From IMG/VR virus record IMGVR_UViG_3300027754_000008, positions 1-53,922 of that record: a DNA stretch of 53,922 nt; one strand, given 5' to 3'. Position numbers and translations under genes: made by a program. The notes under the pieces are model-generated. The model ran no database searches. It was not told where the DNA came from and saw only the letters and a program-made list of their open reading frames with translations. Each line of letters opens with the position of its first letter. The stretch's first letter is position 1. Source of the DNA: a virus. Its lineage: Duplodnaviria; Caudoviricetes. Below, in pieces: positions 1 through 9,782 of the stretch.

Positions 1-127
1 GCAAAACGTGAAAGAATCTCTGAAGGCTCTGGGGAGAAGATGCGTCGAGTGGGTAGCAAGGGTGCGCCAACGGCTAGTGACTTTAAAGAGTCAGCAAAAA
101 CCGCCAAATTAAAAGATGGTGGGGTTA
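1..127. repeat. 127-bp terminal direct repeat (copy at 53796-53922); indicates a circular or circularly permuted complete genome
   Basis: Bases 1-127 are identical to 53796-53922, and an ORF reads through the junction. Confidence 0.97.
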
Positions 128-363
128 GCCTTGCGGTAGGTCGTGGTGAAAAACTTTCGACAAAAGAAGGCGCAGGGCTTACGCAAAAAGGCAGAGACAA
201 ATACAATAGAGAGACAGGGTCAAACTTGAAGGCTCCACAGCCTCAAGGTGGCGCTCGTAAGGACTCATTTTGCGCTCGTATGAGCGGGGTGCAAGGGCCA
301 ATGAAAGACGAGAAGGGTAATCCCACTCGTAAAGCGGCGGCACTTGCACGTTGGAAGTGTTGA
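1..363 (+). CDS. 3' part of a 174-aa basic protein that starts at 53634 and crosses the junction; C-terminal DUF6321-like module
   Basis: Same frame as ATG 53634; GLTQKGRDKYNRETGSNLKAP...RKDSFCARM...RWKC. Confidence 0.75.
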   Translation, partial: AKRERISEGSGEKMRRVGSKGAPTASDFKESAKTAKLKDGGVSLAVGRGEKLSTKEGAGLTQKGRDKYNRETGSNLKAPQPQGGARKDSFCARMSGVQGPMKDEKGNPTRKAAALARWKC

Positions 364-364
364 T

Positions 365-1435
365 ATGGCGTACTCTGAAACCTACGGACAAACGGTCAAT
401 GTGCAGACATTGATTGACCACGGCGCTCGACGCTGTGGGAAGCTGGCTGAAGAGTTGACTTCTGAGCAAGTTCTCTCCGCTCGTCAATCGCTTGGGTTCT
501 TGCTTTCTAACCTTATCAATCGAGGCATCCAGTATTGGTGCATCAGCAAAGAGGTGATTGGACTTACCCCTAACAAGTATCAATACACCCTGCCTGACGG
601 GGCTGTAGACACGCTTAATGTGCTATATCGCACTTTAAATCGTCCAGTAGGGGCGTATACCTCCTCTGCTGGCGGAACTGTTGCAAATCTTTACGATGGG
701 GATGTTGACACTTACACCCAACAGGCTTCGGCAAACGGGAGTTTTACGGTCAATTACGGCATAACAAACCCCATCTATGCAGGCTCTATTGGGTTCTTGC
801 CCTACATCTCTGGTGGTGGGTCTGGAACGTGGAATATTACGCTCCAATACTCGACTGACGGGGTGACGTATTCCACCTTGCAAAACCTTGGGGCGGTTGC
901 GGTTAAGGACAACACATGGGTGTGGACGGATATAGACCCCGGTCAGTCCGTCGCCTACTACCGCATTCTTGCCTCCTCTGGGACTACGCTTGCTCTTCGT
1001 GAGTGGTACATCGGTAACAACAGCACCGAGGTGATGATGTCTCGCCTAAACCGTGACGACTACACTAACTTGCCTAACAAGAACTTTACTGCAAACCAGC
1101 CTTTTCAGTTTTGGTTTGATCGCACTATTCCAAACCCAACGATTTATCTTTGGCCTACCCCTAGCAACGCCTTTGTGCAGATGACGGTGTGGTACTCCAC
1201 CCAAGTCATGGATGTGGGCGCTTTGACTAACGAATTGCAGATTCCTCAGCGGTGGTACGAGGCGGTGGTGTTTATGCTGGCTCACCGTATGAGCCTTGAG
1301 TTGCCACAGGTTGCAATGGATCGTGTTGGCTATCTTGAAAAGATGGCTGAAAAATATCTGTTTGAAGCGGAGCAGGAAGAGCGCGACAAGTCGCCAATCT
1401 ACCTAGCCCCAAACATTAGCGTGTACACAGCATAA
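365..1435 (+). CDS. Tail adaptor / tail tubular-like protein with an inserted discoidin (F5/8C)-like beta-sandwich
   Basis: Helical N- and C-terminal parts with P..F..DR / YLWPTP / IPQRWYEA motifs typical of podovirus adaptors; insert LYDGDVDT...LQYSTDGVTY...YYRI. Confidence 0.6.
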   Translation: MAYSETYGQTVNVQTLIDHGARRCGKLAEELTSEQVLSARQSLGFLLSNLINRGIQYWCISKEVIGLTPNKYQYTLPDGAVDTLNVLYRTLNRPVGAYTSSAGGTVANLYDGDVDTYTQQASANGSFTVNYGITNPIYAGSIGFLPYISGGGSGTWNITLQYSTDGVTYSTLQNLGAVAVKDNTWVWTDIDPGQSVAYYRILASSGTTLALREWYIGNNSTEVMMSRLNRDDYTNLPNKNFTANQPFQFWFDRTIPNPTIYLWPTPSNAFVQMTVWYSTQVMDVGALTNELQIPQRWYEAVVFMLAHRMSLELPQVAMDRVGYLEKMAEKYLFEAEQEERDKSPIYLAPNISVYTA

Positions 1436-1797
1436 TGCCAGTTTTTCTTGACACTCGTGGGTTGACATCGGTTGCCATCGCGGTTTGCGATAGGTGCAAG
1501 ATGAAGGTGCCTTTTGTCACATTGGTGGCGGATGGGAACTCGCCGGGTCTCCGCGTCTGCGCTGAGCGTGGATGCAGGGATGTGCTTGATCCCTATCGAC
1601 TTCCCGCTAGAAAGACTGAGCGTATTAACCTCAGATTTCCACGCCCTGATGTCAGCATTGCCGCAGGTGACAACTTCTTGATGACAGGTGGAACAAGTCA
1701 ATTTCAAATTTCCACGGAGCAGAACACACAGACTCCCACAAGCACTGGAAATAAAGATACGATTGCTCCAAATCCTCCAGATAATACGAGTACATAA
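1435..1797 (+). CDS. Conserved phage morphogenesis protein with Cys4 zinc ribbon
   Basis: AVCDRC...GLRVCAERGC; start overlaps the upstream stop. Confidence 0.6.
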   Translation: MPVFLDTRGLTSVAIAVCDRCKMKVPFVTLVADGNSPGLRVCAERGCRDVLDPYRLPARKTERINLRFPRPDVSIAAGDNFLMTGGTSQFQISTEQNTQTPTSTGNKDTIAPNPPDNTST

Positions 1798-4248
1798 ATG
1801 TCTGCACAAGTCACCATACTCCAACTCCCAGCCGCTGGTGCCATTACAGGTACTGAGGCTGTTCCTATTGTCCAAAATGGCGTGACAGTCCAAACCACGA
1901 CTGCGGCGCTTGCTGGCTCACCTGTTCAAACCTATTCGTACCTAACGGTTACCCAAACTCCTCAGTTAGCCAACAGTCGATATGTTGGGGTGACCAATGG
2001 TTTGGTGATTACTGATGGCGGATCGCAAGGTCTCTTCAATATCAGCACTACAGGCGCTTTATTGTCTTTGGTGAACTCTGGTACTGGAATACAGGTAAAA
2101 ACGTCTTCTACAGCCATTACAGGGCGTTCTATAGCGGTTAGCGGCAATGGACTGTCAATTACCAATGGTTCTGGCGTATCTGGTGATCCAACCATTGCTT
2201 TGAGTGGTCAGGTGTTGAATTTTGCCAATGCCAGTTTCAACGGACTTGTAGCGCTTTCAACTGGTGGTGCTATTACTTCCGCGACCATCACAGGAACCGC
2301 AAGTCAAATTGACGTTGCAAACGGGACTGGGGTAAGTGGTAATCCAACGGTTTCGTTGGCTGACAACGCCGTGATGCCCGGCACCTCCGCTATGACAGTT
2401 GTCACTGGAACTACCGCCCAACAACCTTCTGGCTCTCAGGGACAGTTTAGGTTCAACAGTGACACGCAGACGTTTGACGGCTATTCCAGCGGCTTGTGGA
2501 GACAATTTTCGCTTTCTGGTGGCGTAACATCATTTAGCGCGGGGACTACAGGGTTTGCGCCATCAACCTCCACTTCTGGCGCTGTAACGCTGTCTGGCAC
2601 TTTAAATGTATTAAATGGTGGAACAGGGGCAACCACAGCATCTGGGGCGCGAACAAATTTAGGAGCGGCGGCTTCTGGTGCAAATACCGACATTACATCA
2701 ATAGCGCTGACCACAGGTACGATTTCAACGACCCCTTCAGGTTCAACCGACATAGCTAACAAGAATTATGTAGACACTGTAGCGCAGGGGCTAGACACCA
2801 AAGCCTCAGTAGTAGCTGGCACGACGGTGAACATTACTTTGAGTGGAACACAAACAATTGATGGCATAGTGTTAGTTTCTGGTGACCGTGTATTGGTAAA
2901 GAACCAGACAGCGCAAGCAGACAATGGGCTTTACCTTTGTGCGGCAGGTGCTTGGACAAGAACCACGGACATGAACACTTGGGCGCAAGTCCCCGGCGCG
3001 TACGTCTTCGTAGAAACTGGCTCTACCCTTGCTGACACAGGTTGGGTTTGCACATCCGATGCTGGCGGCACGATTGGTGTTACTGCCATCACATGGGCGC
3101 AGTTCTCAGGTGCTGGTTCTGGCGTAAGTTCAATCACCTTTGGCTCTACTGGGCTGACTCCAGCAACGGCAACTACGGGTGCGGTGACAGTAGCGGGAAC
3201 GCTGGTAGTTCTTAATGGTGGAACAGGCGCGACAACAGCCGCAGGTGCAAGAACGAACTTAGTCGCCGCCAAGTCAGGTACTAATAGCGATATTACAGAG
3301 TTGTACGCGCTGAATGGAACTTCTTACGGCGTTGCTTATCAAAACTTATCAAATCAATTGATAATGGGGTCAGCATTGACATTCAACGGTACGACGCTGA
3401 CATCTTCTGATGCCGCGTTTACCACGCTAACTGCCTCATCAACTACTACACTGTCTGGTTTGACAGCCTCAACTGCGTTGGCTCTCAATGCAAGCAAACA
3501 GATAGTAAGTGTTACAAATACAGGCTCTGGTAATAATGTTTTAGCCACCAGCCCAACACTGGTTACTCCGAATTTAGGAACACCTTCTGCGGCTGTTTTA
3601 ACAAGTGCCACTGGTCTCCCCCTAACGTCGGGCGTAACAGGTACGTTACCAATAGCTAACGGCGGTACTAATGGAACCGCAACACCAACCGCTAACGGAG
3701 TTGTGTACGGGACTGGGACGACGATTGCTTATACGGCGGCTGGAACCACTGGGCAAGTATTAACAGCTACAACTAGCGGCGCACCGACTTGGGGAAACCC
3801 CGCAACAAGTGGTACGGTCACATCAGTCAGTTTTACTGGCGGTATTATTACGGTTGCCACTGCTACAACGACTCCAGCGTTCACAGTTGCTGGGACAAGT
3901 GGTGGAATACCTTACTTTACAAGCACAAGCACTTGGGCGACATCTGCGCTGTTGGCGGCAAACGCTTTAATGATTGGTGGCGGTGCTGGAGTTGCTCCAA
4001 GCACTACGACTACTGGGACAGGCGTTGTAACGGCTCTAGGAGTCAACGTAGGCTCTGCTGGCGCTTTTGTGACGTTCAATGGCGCGTTAGGTACACCAAG
4101 CAGTGGAACGGTAACTAACCTAACAGGCACTGCATCGATTAACATTAACGGAACTGTTGGTGCTACAACACCTACGACGGGCGCATTTACTACTGTAGCC
4201 GCAACAACGGTAACCGCAACAACTGGCATCTTCGGAGGAACATTCTAA
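1798..4248 (+). CDS. Tail fibre protein 1 (Gly/Thr-rich)
   Basis: 816 aa; NGGTGATTA repeats; QGLDTKASV...LSGTQTIDG...GDRVLVKNQT fibre module; ends GGTF. Confidence 0.8.
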   Translation: MSAQVTILQLPAAGAITGTEAVPIVQNGVTVQTTTAALAGSPVQTYSYLTVTQTPQLANSRYVGVTNGLVITDGGSQGLFNISTTGALLSLVNSGTGIQVKTSSTAITGRSIAVSGNGLSITNGSGVSGDPTIALSGQVLNFANASFNGLVALSTGGAITSATITGTASQIDVANGTGVSGNPTVSLADNAVMPGTSAMTVVTGTTAQQPSGSQGQFRFNSDTQTFDGYSSGLWRQFSLSGGVTSFSAGTTGFAPSTSTSGAVTLSGTLNVLNGGTGATTASGARTNLGAAASGANTDITSIALTTGTISTTPSGSTDIANKNYVDTVAQGLDTKASVVAGTTVNITLSGTQTIDGIVLVSGDRVLVKNQTAQADNGLYLCAAGAWTRTTDMNTWAQVPGAYVFVETGSTLADTGWVCTSDAGGTIGVTAITWAQFSGAGSGVSSITFGSTGLTPATATTGAVTVAGTLVVLNGGTGATTAAGARTNLVAAKSGTNSDITELYALNGTSYGVAYQNLSNQLIMGSALTFNGTTLTSSDAAFTTLTASSTTTLSGLTASTALALNASKQIVSVTNTGSGNNVLATSPTLVTPNLGTPSAAVLTSATGLPLTSGVTGTLPIANGGTNGTATPTANGVVYGTGTTIAYTAAGTTGQVLTATTSGAPTWGNPATSGTVTSVSFTGGIITVATATTTPAFTVAGTSGGIPYFTSTSTWATSALLAANALMIGGGAGVAPSTTTTGTGVVTALGVNVGSAGAFVTFNGALGTPSSGTVTNLTGTASININGTVGATTPTTGAFTTVAATTVTATTGIFGGTF

Positions 4249-7160
4249 TGGCACAAGCAGGCTACACGCCCATATCTCTCTACTACAGCACCACTGCGGC
4301 GGCAACACCGTCTGCTGGAAATCTTGTTGCTGGCGAGTTGGCACTCAACACAGTTGATGAAAAGCTGTACTTCAAGAACAGCGCAGGTACGGTCAAGTTG
4401 TTGGCATCAAACGCCACCTCTGCTCCAGTGCTTTCGTTCTCAGCAGGTACAACAGGTTTCACGCCAAGCACAGCCACAAGTGGAGCAATCACGCTTGCTG
4501 GTACTCTTGCTACCACTAACGGCGGCACAGGGCTTACATCATTCACATCAGGCGGTGTGGTTTACGCATCTAGTTCTAGTGCATTGGCTACTGGCTCTGC
4601 GCTAGTCTTTGATGGGACTAACTTAGGGATTGGTTCAACTTCGCCTGTATCACCTTTAACAATAAATGGAAATGACCCTCTCATTACATTAAAAAATGCA
4701 GGGACTAATCGTTGGCAATTTGGTTTTGAAAATACATCATCAAACAGATTTGTTTTTTACGACAATACTGCCGCCGCCTATCGTTTAATCATTGATTCGT
4801 CAGGCAATCTAGGCTTGGGAGTTACTCCGAGTGCTTGGAGTGGATTTTCAGGAAAACCTTTACAACTTAGTTATGGTTCATTGTTTACAGACAGCCCATC
4901 TACTATTGGATTGGTAGGAAACGCATACTATAACGGTGGTTGGAAATATTACGGAACAGGTCTTGCCTCAATTTATCAACAGGCTACTGGGGCGCATTTT
5001 TGGTACACAGCCGCATCAGGCACAGCAGGAAACGCTGTCTCCTTTACCCAAGTATTTGGCATTAACGCAAGCGGCGCATTTGGCGTAGGTTCAACCCCAT
5101 CCTACGGCACAAGCGGTCAGGTGCTGACCTCTGGCGGTTCTGCGGCGGCTCCAACATGGACAACAGTTGCCGCTGGCTCTGCCGCTACGCCTACTGCATT
5201 GGGTACTGTGTATGCAAGTACAACATCCACTAGCACTGACATTGTGGCGTTTGGTTATCAAGCGGGTAATTCAAGCACAGGCTCATACAGTACGGCTATT
5301 GGTTATCAAACCATGCTTACAAATAGCGGGGCTTACAACACGGCAATTGGTTATCAGTCTTTGCAAAATCCTACTGGCGGTCGCAATGTGGCTATCGGTC
5401 GCACAGTTTTGCAAGTAAACACATCTGGCAACTTCAATGTCGGTATTGGCGGTGCAAACACTTTAGGTTCAAACACTACTGGCGCAAACAATGTTGCCGT
5501 TGGCGATTCAGCATTAGTTGGAAATACAACTGGCGGCTCTAATGTCGCAATAGGTGTATCAGCACTGCAAGCCAACACCACAACCTCTAGCAGTACCGCT
5601 ATAGGCTATCAAGCACTTTATTCAACTGTTGCTAATTCCAGTGGCTTAACAGCAATTGGATATCAAGCGGGTCTAAATTTGACTGCCGCAGATACATTTG
5701 GTGCTTCCATGTTTATTGGTTTTTGGGCAGGAAAAACTACATCAACTGGAACAGATAACCACTTTATTGGAACTCAATCAGGTCAGTTAAATACCTCTGG
5801 AAGTTTTAACACTGGTGTTGGTTTAGCGACTTTGCAACTCAATACAACAGGTAGTGGTAATTACGCTTCAGGGTATCAAGCGTTGCGCTCTAACACCACG
5901 GCATCTAGTAACACTGCGGTTGGTCGTGAAGCCCTTTATTCAAACACCACTGGGTCACCAAACCTAGCCATCGGTTATAGAGCGTTGTACAGCAATACGA
6001 CTGCTTCTTACAACATTGGAATCGGCTCTCAAGCGGGTTATACCCTCACCACTGGCGGTGGGTATGGCGGTCAAGATAATGTGTTTATTGGTGCTGACTC
6101 AGGCTATGCAAGCAATTCATCCGCATGGGGAAATATTGGAATTGGCGTTCAAACATTGCTAAACAATACATCAGGCGCAGGTAATGTTGCCATTGGTGGT
6201 CGCTTAACGCCTTATGGTGAAAATGCCCCGTTGCAAACGAACACAACGGGAAGTCACAACATAGCAATTGGTGGTTTCAGTGTTATGGCGAGTAACACAA
6301 CGGGTCAATATAATGTGGCTCTTTCCCCTAACGCTTTAAGAGGAAACACCACGGGCGAATACAACATTGCAATTGGAAGTCAGGCACTTAGAAATAATAC
6401 TACTAGTAGTGGCAGTGTAGCCATTGGTAATGGTGCATTATTAACTAACACAGCCGCTAATCAAATTGCTATTGGAAATTCCGCAGGATACTACAACACA
6501 ACGGGTGATAACAGTACATTTGTTGGTGCTAGTGCTGGCACATCTAACACAACAGGATCAGCAAATACTTTTATGGGTTACCTTGCTGGAAATGCTTGTA
6601 CAACGGGAAATAGAAACACTTGTGTGGGTTTCCGTGCTGGTCAATGGACAAACGGTATAACAACAGGAAGCACAAACACTTACATTGGTTCTTATGCGTA
6701 CCCTTCTGGCGTAGCGGTTACTAAAGAAGTTGTGATTGGCGAAGACAACATAGGCAAAGGCTCAAGCACCTTTTTTGCGGGAGGTGGTTCGGCTTACAAT
6801 TTTAACAACACCACTACTTGGTCTACCACTTCTGATCAACGCCTTAAAAAGAACATTGTTGATAACAATGATGGCTTAGACAAAATCAACGCAATTCGGG
6901 TTCGTAACTTTGAGTATCGTTTGCCCAACGAAGTAGATGCTGAACTTAAGCCTACAGATGCAATTCAAAAAACTGGCGTTCAATTAGGTGTTATTGCTCA
7001 AGAACTGCAAGTTGTTTTGCCTGAGTGCGTAAAGACAGAATCTACAGGTGTTATGTCTGTTGATACAGATAACCTAATCTGGTACGCAATTAACGCAATC
7101 AAAGAACTCAAAGCGCAAAATGATTCACTCAAGGCACGTTTGGATGCCGCTAATCTTTAA
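4248..7160 (+). CDS. Tail fibre protein 2 with C-terminal intramolecular chaperone (peptidase S74)
   Basis: N-terminal LVAGELALN..DEKLYFK anchor; many ~14-aa NTTGxxNxAxG repeats; SDQRLKKNI autocleavage motif, GVIAQE and a terminal coiled coil. Confidence 0.88.
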   Translation: MAQAGYTPISLYYSTTAAATPSAGNLVAGELALNTVDEKLYFKNSAGTVKLLASNATSAPVLSFSAGTTGFTPSTATSGAITLAGTLATTNGGTGLTSFTSGGVVYASSSSALATGSALVFDGTNLGIGSTSPVSPLTINGNDPLITLKNAGTNRWQFGFENTSSNRFVFYDNTAAAYRLIIDSSGNLGLGVTPSAWSGFSGKPLQLSYGSLFTDSPSTIGLVGNAYYNGGWKYYGTGLASIYQQATGAHFWYTAASGTAGNAVSFTQVFGINASGAFGVGSTPSYGTSGQVLTSGGSAAAPTWTTVAAGSAATPTALGTVYASTTSTSTDIVAFGYQAGNSSTGSYSTAIGYQTMLTNSGAYNTAIGYQSLQNPTGGRNVAIGRTVLQVNTSGNFNVGIGGANTLGSNTTGANNVAVGDSALVGNTTGGSNVAIGVSALQANTTTSSSTAIGYQALYSTVANSSGLTAIGYQAGLNLTAADTFGASMFIGFWAGKTTSTGTDNHFIGTQSGQLNTSGSFNTGVGLATLQLNTTGSGNYASGYQALRSNTTASSNTAVGREALYSNTTGSPNLAIGYRALYSNTTASYNIGIGSQAGYTLTTGGGYGGQDNVFIGADSGYASNSSAWGNIGIGVQTLLNNTSGAGNVAIGGRLTPYGENAPLQTNTTGSHNIAIGGFSVMASNTTGQYNVALSPNALRGNTTGEYNIAIGSQALRNNTTSSGSVAIGNGALLTNTAANQIAIGNSAGYYNTTGDNSTFVGASAGTSNTTGSANTFMGYLAGNACTTGNRNTCVGFRAGQWTNGITTGSTNTYIGSYAYPSGVAVTKEVVIGEDNIGKGSSTFFAGGGSAYNFNNTTTWSTTSDQRLKKNIVDNNDGLDKINAIRVRNFEYRLPNEVDAELKPTDAIQKTGVQLGVIAQELQVVLPECVKTESTGVMSVDTDNLIWYAINAIKELKAQNDSLKARLDAANL

Positions 7161-7175
7161 ACTGAAAGGTAAATT

Positions 7176-7391
7176 ATGATTGATGATACTCAAACCCCAG
7201 AGCAAATTGCCAAGCAATACAGCGCGGCTATGGACTCAGTAAATCTGATCAATGGAGGCAAGCCAGAAAGCATGACTGATGCTGAATGGGCAGACTGTTT
7301 AACTCGTAACAAAGAACATTTAAAGATCATGGTGGCTAAAGACTTCTGGACAACAGAAGACCTGACACCCCTACAGACTGCATCAGAATAA
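7176..7391 (+). CDS. Small protein downstream of fibre, possible fibre assembly factor
   Basis: 71-aa ORF with AAAGG RBS; function inferred from position. Confidence 0.6.
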   Translation: MIDDTQTPEQIAKQYSAAMDSVNLINGGKPESMTDAEWADCLTRNKEHLKIMVAKDFWTTEDLTPLQTASE

Positions 7392-7436
7392 CGGGAAGCC
7401 ACCACCCGATCTTGGTGGCACATTAAAGGAAATACT

Positions 7437-7673
7437 ATGGGCGAGAAAAAAACAACCCCCGTAACTATTGACGGTATCGAGTACAAGTTTGAAGACATGA
7501 GCCAGCAACAACAAATGTTGCTCAATCATGTTGCCGACTTGGATCGTAAATTGGACTCAGCACGATTCAATGTGGATCAGTTGCAAGTTGGCAGAGATGC
7601 CTTCTTTAGAATGCTGAAAGATGCATTAGAAGCCAAGCCTGAAGAGGCTGTGACTGACGTAACAGTGAACTAA
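7437..7673 (+). CDS. Small coiled-coil protein, possible fibre chaperone
   Basis: 78-aa ORF, AAAGGA RBS, TIDGIEY start followed by heptads. Confidence 0.65.
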   Translation: MGEKKTTPVTIDGIEYKFEDMSQQQQMLLNHVADLDRKLDSARFNVDQLQVGRDAFFRMLKDALEAKPEEAVTDVTVN

Positions 7674-7678
7674 AAAAG

Positions 7679-7700
7679 AGCCACCTTCGGGTGGCTTCTT
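7679..7700 (+). terminator. Hairpin terminator with UUCG loop
   Basis: AGCCACC-TTCG-GGTGGCT followed by TCTT, with an A-tract upstream. Confidence 0.65.
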
Positions 7701-7711
7701 CAAGGAATTTT

Positions 7712-7927
7712 ATGGCGGACGTACACGAATTAGCATCAGAAACGGACAAGCGATTGAGTGTCCATGAGGCTATCTGCGCCCAGCGTTATGAGAATATTCA
7801 GAATCGCTTTGACGATGGTTCTAAGCGCATGACAAAGATTGAGTACCTCTTGTATGGGGTGATCGTTTGTGTGCTGTTTGGCCCCGGCGTGGCTGGCGAA
7901 CTTATTAAAAAGGTGCTTGGACTATGA
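7712..7927 (+). CDS. Small membrane protein of the lysis region
   Basis: HEAICAQRY coiled coil plus C-terminal hydrophobic helix; AAGGA RBS before ATG 7712. Confidence 0.6.
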   Translation: MADVHELASETDKRLSVHEAICAQRYENIQNRFDDGSKRMTKIEYLLYGVIVCVLFGPGVAGELIKKVLGL

Positions 7928-8277
7928 GTGAAGAAAAGATACAGGCTATGGAAAGTAAAGGACAACTTATTGAGAAGATCACATTTGCTCTTCTGCCTCT
8001 TCTTTTCTCTTGCGTCGTCTATTTGATGAGCGCCTTGTCAAACTTGGCACATGAGGTGACTATTCTAAATAGCAAAATCAGTTTGGTGGTCACCTCAGAC
8101 AACAAGCAGGCATCTAACACTGGCGCTGAACTGGCGCGTGAAAAACTTCGCCAAGACCTTGAAAAAGAGATTCAACGCAACCGCGACCAGATTGCAGAGA
8201 ATCGAATGCACATTGCCATTTTGGAAGAAAAGGTTCCTGTGTCCAAATCAATTAAAACTGTAACTGGGAAAGACTGA
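7924..8277 (+). CDS. Membrane-anchored coiled-coil protein of the lysis region
   Basis: N-terminal TM helix followed by a coiled coil; ATGA coupling. Confidence 0.55.
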   Translation: MSEEKIQAMESKGQLIEKITFALLPLLFSCVVYLMSALSNLAHEVTILNSKISLVVTSDNKQASNTGAELAREKLRQDLEKEIQRNRDQIAENRMHIAILEEKVPVSKSIKTVTGKD

Positions 8278-8278
8278 C

Positions 8279-8797
8279 ATGATTCCAATTGTTGCATCCC
8301 TCCTTGGTACATTGGCTCAGAACGGTCTGGGTCTTTTGTCATCTGCAATTCAAGCCAAAGGCAAAGAAGTTGTTGAGAACGCTTTGGGCGTGAAGATTTC
8401 CGACAACCCATCTGATGCTGAAGTTGCCAAGTTGCGCCAACTGCAATACGACCACGAGGAGCGACTGCTTGAGTTAGGCATTGAGAAGGCTCGTATTGAG
8501 CAAGAAGAGTTGACGGCGCTACTGAAAGCACAAGCCAACCAAGAGGACAACGTCAGCAAGCGTTGGCAGGCTGATATGTCCTCCGACTCGTGGTTGTCGA
8601 AGAATGTGCGCCCCGGCACGCTGGTGTACCTCCTGACTGCCTATTTGATATTTGCCCTGCTTGACGGCTATGGGTACAAGATAAGTGAGTCCTACGTCAA
8701 CCTGCTGGGCCAGTGGGGGATGCTTGTGATGACGGCTTACTTCGGTGGACGTACCGTCGAGAAAGTCATGGAAATGCGCAGAAAGGACAAAGAATGA
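8279..8797 (+). CDS. Holin (3TM, GTA-type family)
   Basis: SDSWLSKNVRP and YFGGRTVEK motifs; TM helices; adjacent to endolysin. Confidence 0.8.
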   Translation: MIPIVASLLGTLAQNGLGLLSSAIQAKGKEVVENALGVKISDNPSDAEVAKLRQLQYDHEERLLELGIEKARIEQEELTALLKAQANQEDNVSKRWQADMSSDSWLSKNVRPGTLVYLLTAYLIFALLDGYGYKISESYVNLLGQWGMLVMTAYFGGRTVEKVMEMRRKDKE

Positions 8798-9135
8798 GCC
8801 TTAGTGACGAACAAGCCGCGTTCCTTCTGGATGCCTGCGCACTTATCAAATACGCCACAGAACAAGGTTTTAAAGTCACTGGCGGGGAATTAGCCCGTAC
8901 ACCTGAACAGCAAGCCATCTACGTCAAGACGGGACGCTCCAAGACCCTTAACTCTATCCACCTTAAACGCTGTGCCATCGACTTGAACTTCTTCAAGGAT
9001 GGGCAGATAATATGGGACAAGGGCATCCTTGCGCCGCTGGGTGCTTATTGGGAAACTTTGCACCCTAAAAACCGTTGGGGCGGTAACTTTAAATCATTGG
9101 TGGACTGTCCACATTTTGAACGAAACGTGGGGTAA
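8794..9135 (+). CDS. Endolysin, M15-family Zn peptidase
   Basis: R..EQQ, SIH...AIDL, WGGNF..LVDCPHFE; ATGA overlap with holin. Confidence 0.88.
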   Translation: MSLSDEQAAFLLDACALIKYATEQGFKVTGGELARTPEQQAIYVKTGRSKTLNSIHLKRCAIDLNFFKDGQIIWDKGILAPLGAYWETLHPKNRWGGNFKSLVDCPHFERNVG

Positions 9136-9137
9136 AT

Positions 9138-9773
9138 ATGGCAACCGCATCCGTAATGACCTACACATCGCTAGTTGAGAACATCCAGTCCTACTTGGAG
9201 AGAGATGACACGGCTACCGTCGATAAAATACCGCTTTTTATTATGTTGGCAGAGCAAATCATTGCCAGCCAGATCAAGTTTTTGGGTAACTTGACAGTCA
9301 ACACAAGCACCATGACCGCAAGTACGTCAATTATTGACAAGCCTGCAAGGTGGCACAAAACAGTTTCTATGAACATAACGGTAGATGATGAGCGTCAACC
9401 AGTCCTTTTGCGTAAGTACGAGTACCTGCGCGAGTATTGGCCTAACGCAAACTCTACGGGAACGCCTGAGTTTTACAGTGATTACGACTACACGCATTGG
9501 CTTGTAGCCCCAACACCTGATGCCGCTTACACGTTTGAAGTCTTGTACTACGAGCGCATTCAACCCTTGGATTCTTCCAATCAAACCAATTGGTTCACCA
9601 TCTACGCGCCCCAAGCGTTGCTTTATGGGTCTTTGTTGCAGGCTATGCCATTCCTCAAAAATGATGATCGAATGACTATGTGGAAGGCAAACTATGACCA
9701 AATCATGCAAACCTTAATGGCTGAGGACAAGTTGCGTATTGCTGATCGTCAAGCCGTAGTAATGGACAGTTAA
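9138..9773 (+). CDS. Second tail adaptor / tubular-like protein
   Basis: G.PEFY...VAPTPD..YTFEVLYY...NW....PQALLYGSL pattern. Confidence 0.65.
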   Translation: MATASVMTYTSLVENIQSYLERDDTATVDKIPLFIMLAEQIIASQIKFLGNLTVNTSTMTASTSIIDKPARWHKTVSMNITVDDERQPVLLRKYEYLREYWPNANSTGTPEFYSDYDYTHWLVAPTPDAAYTFEVLYYERIQPLDSSNQTNWFTIYAPQALLYGSLLQAMPFLKNDDRMTMWKANYDQIMQTLMAEDKLRIADRQAVVMDS

Positions 9774-9782
9774 GGATAAATT

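Noticed and set aside
1962-6267. Many minus-strand Val/Pro/Ala-rich ORFs over the fibre genes (likewise 13493-16950)
   Set aside because: These are antisense shadows of Thr/Gly/Ala-rich coding sequence, with no RBS or promoter support
4248-7160. Diversity-generating retroelement targeting the fibre
   Set aside because: No reverse transcriptase and no template/variable repeat pair were seen
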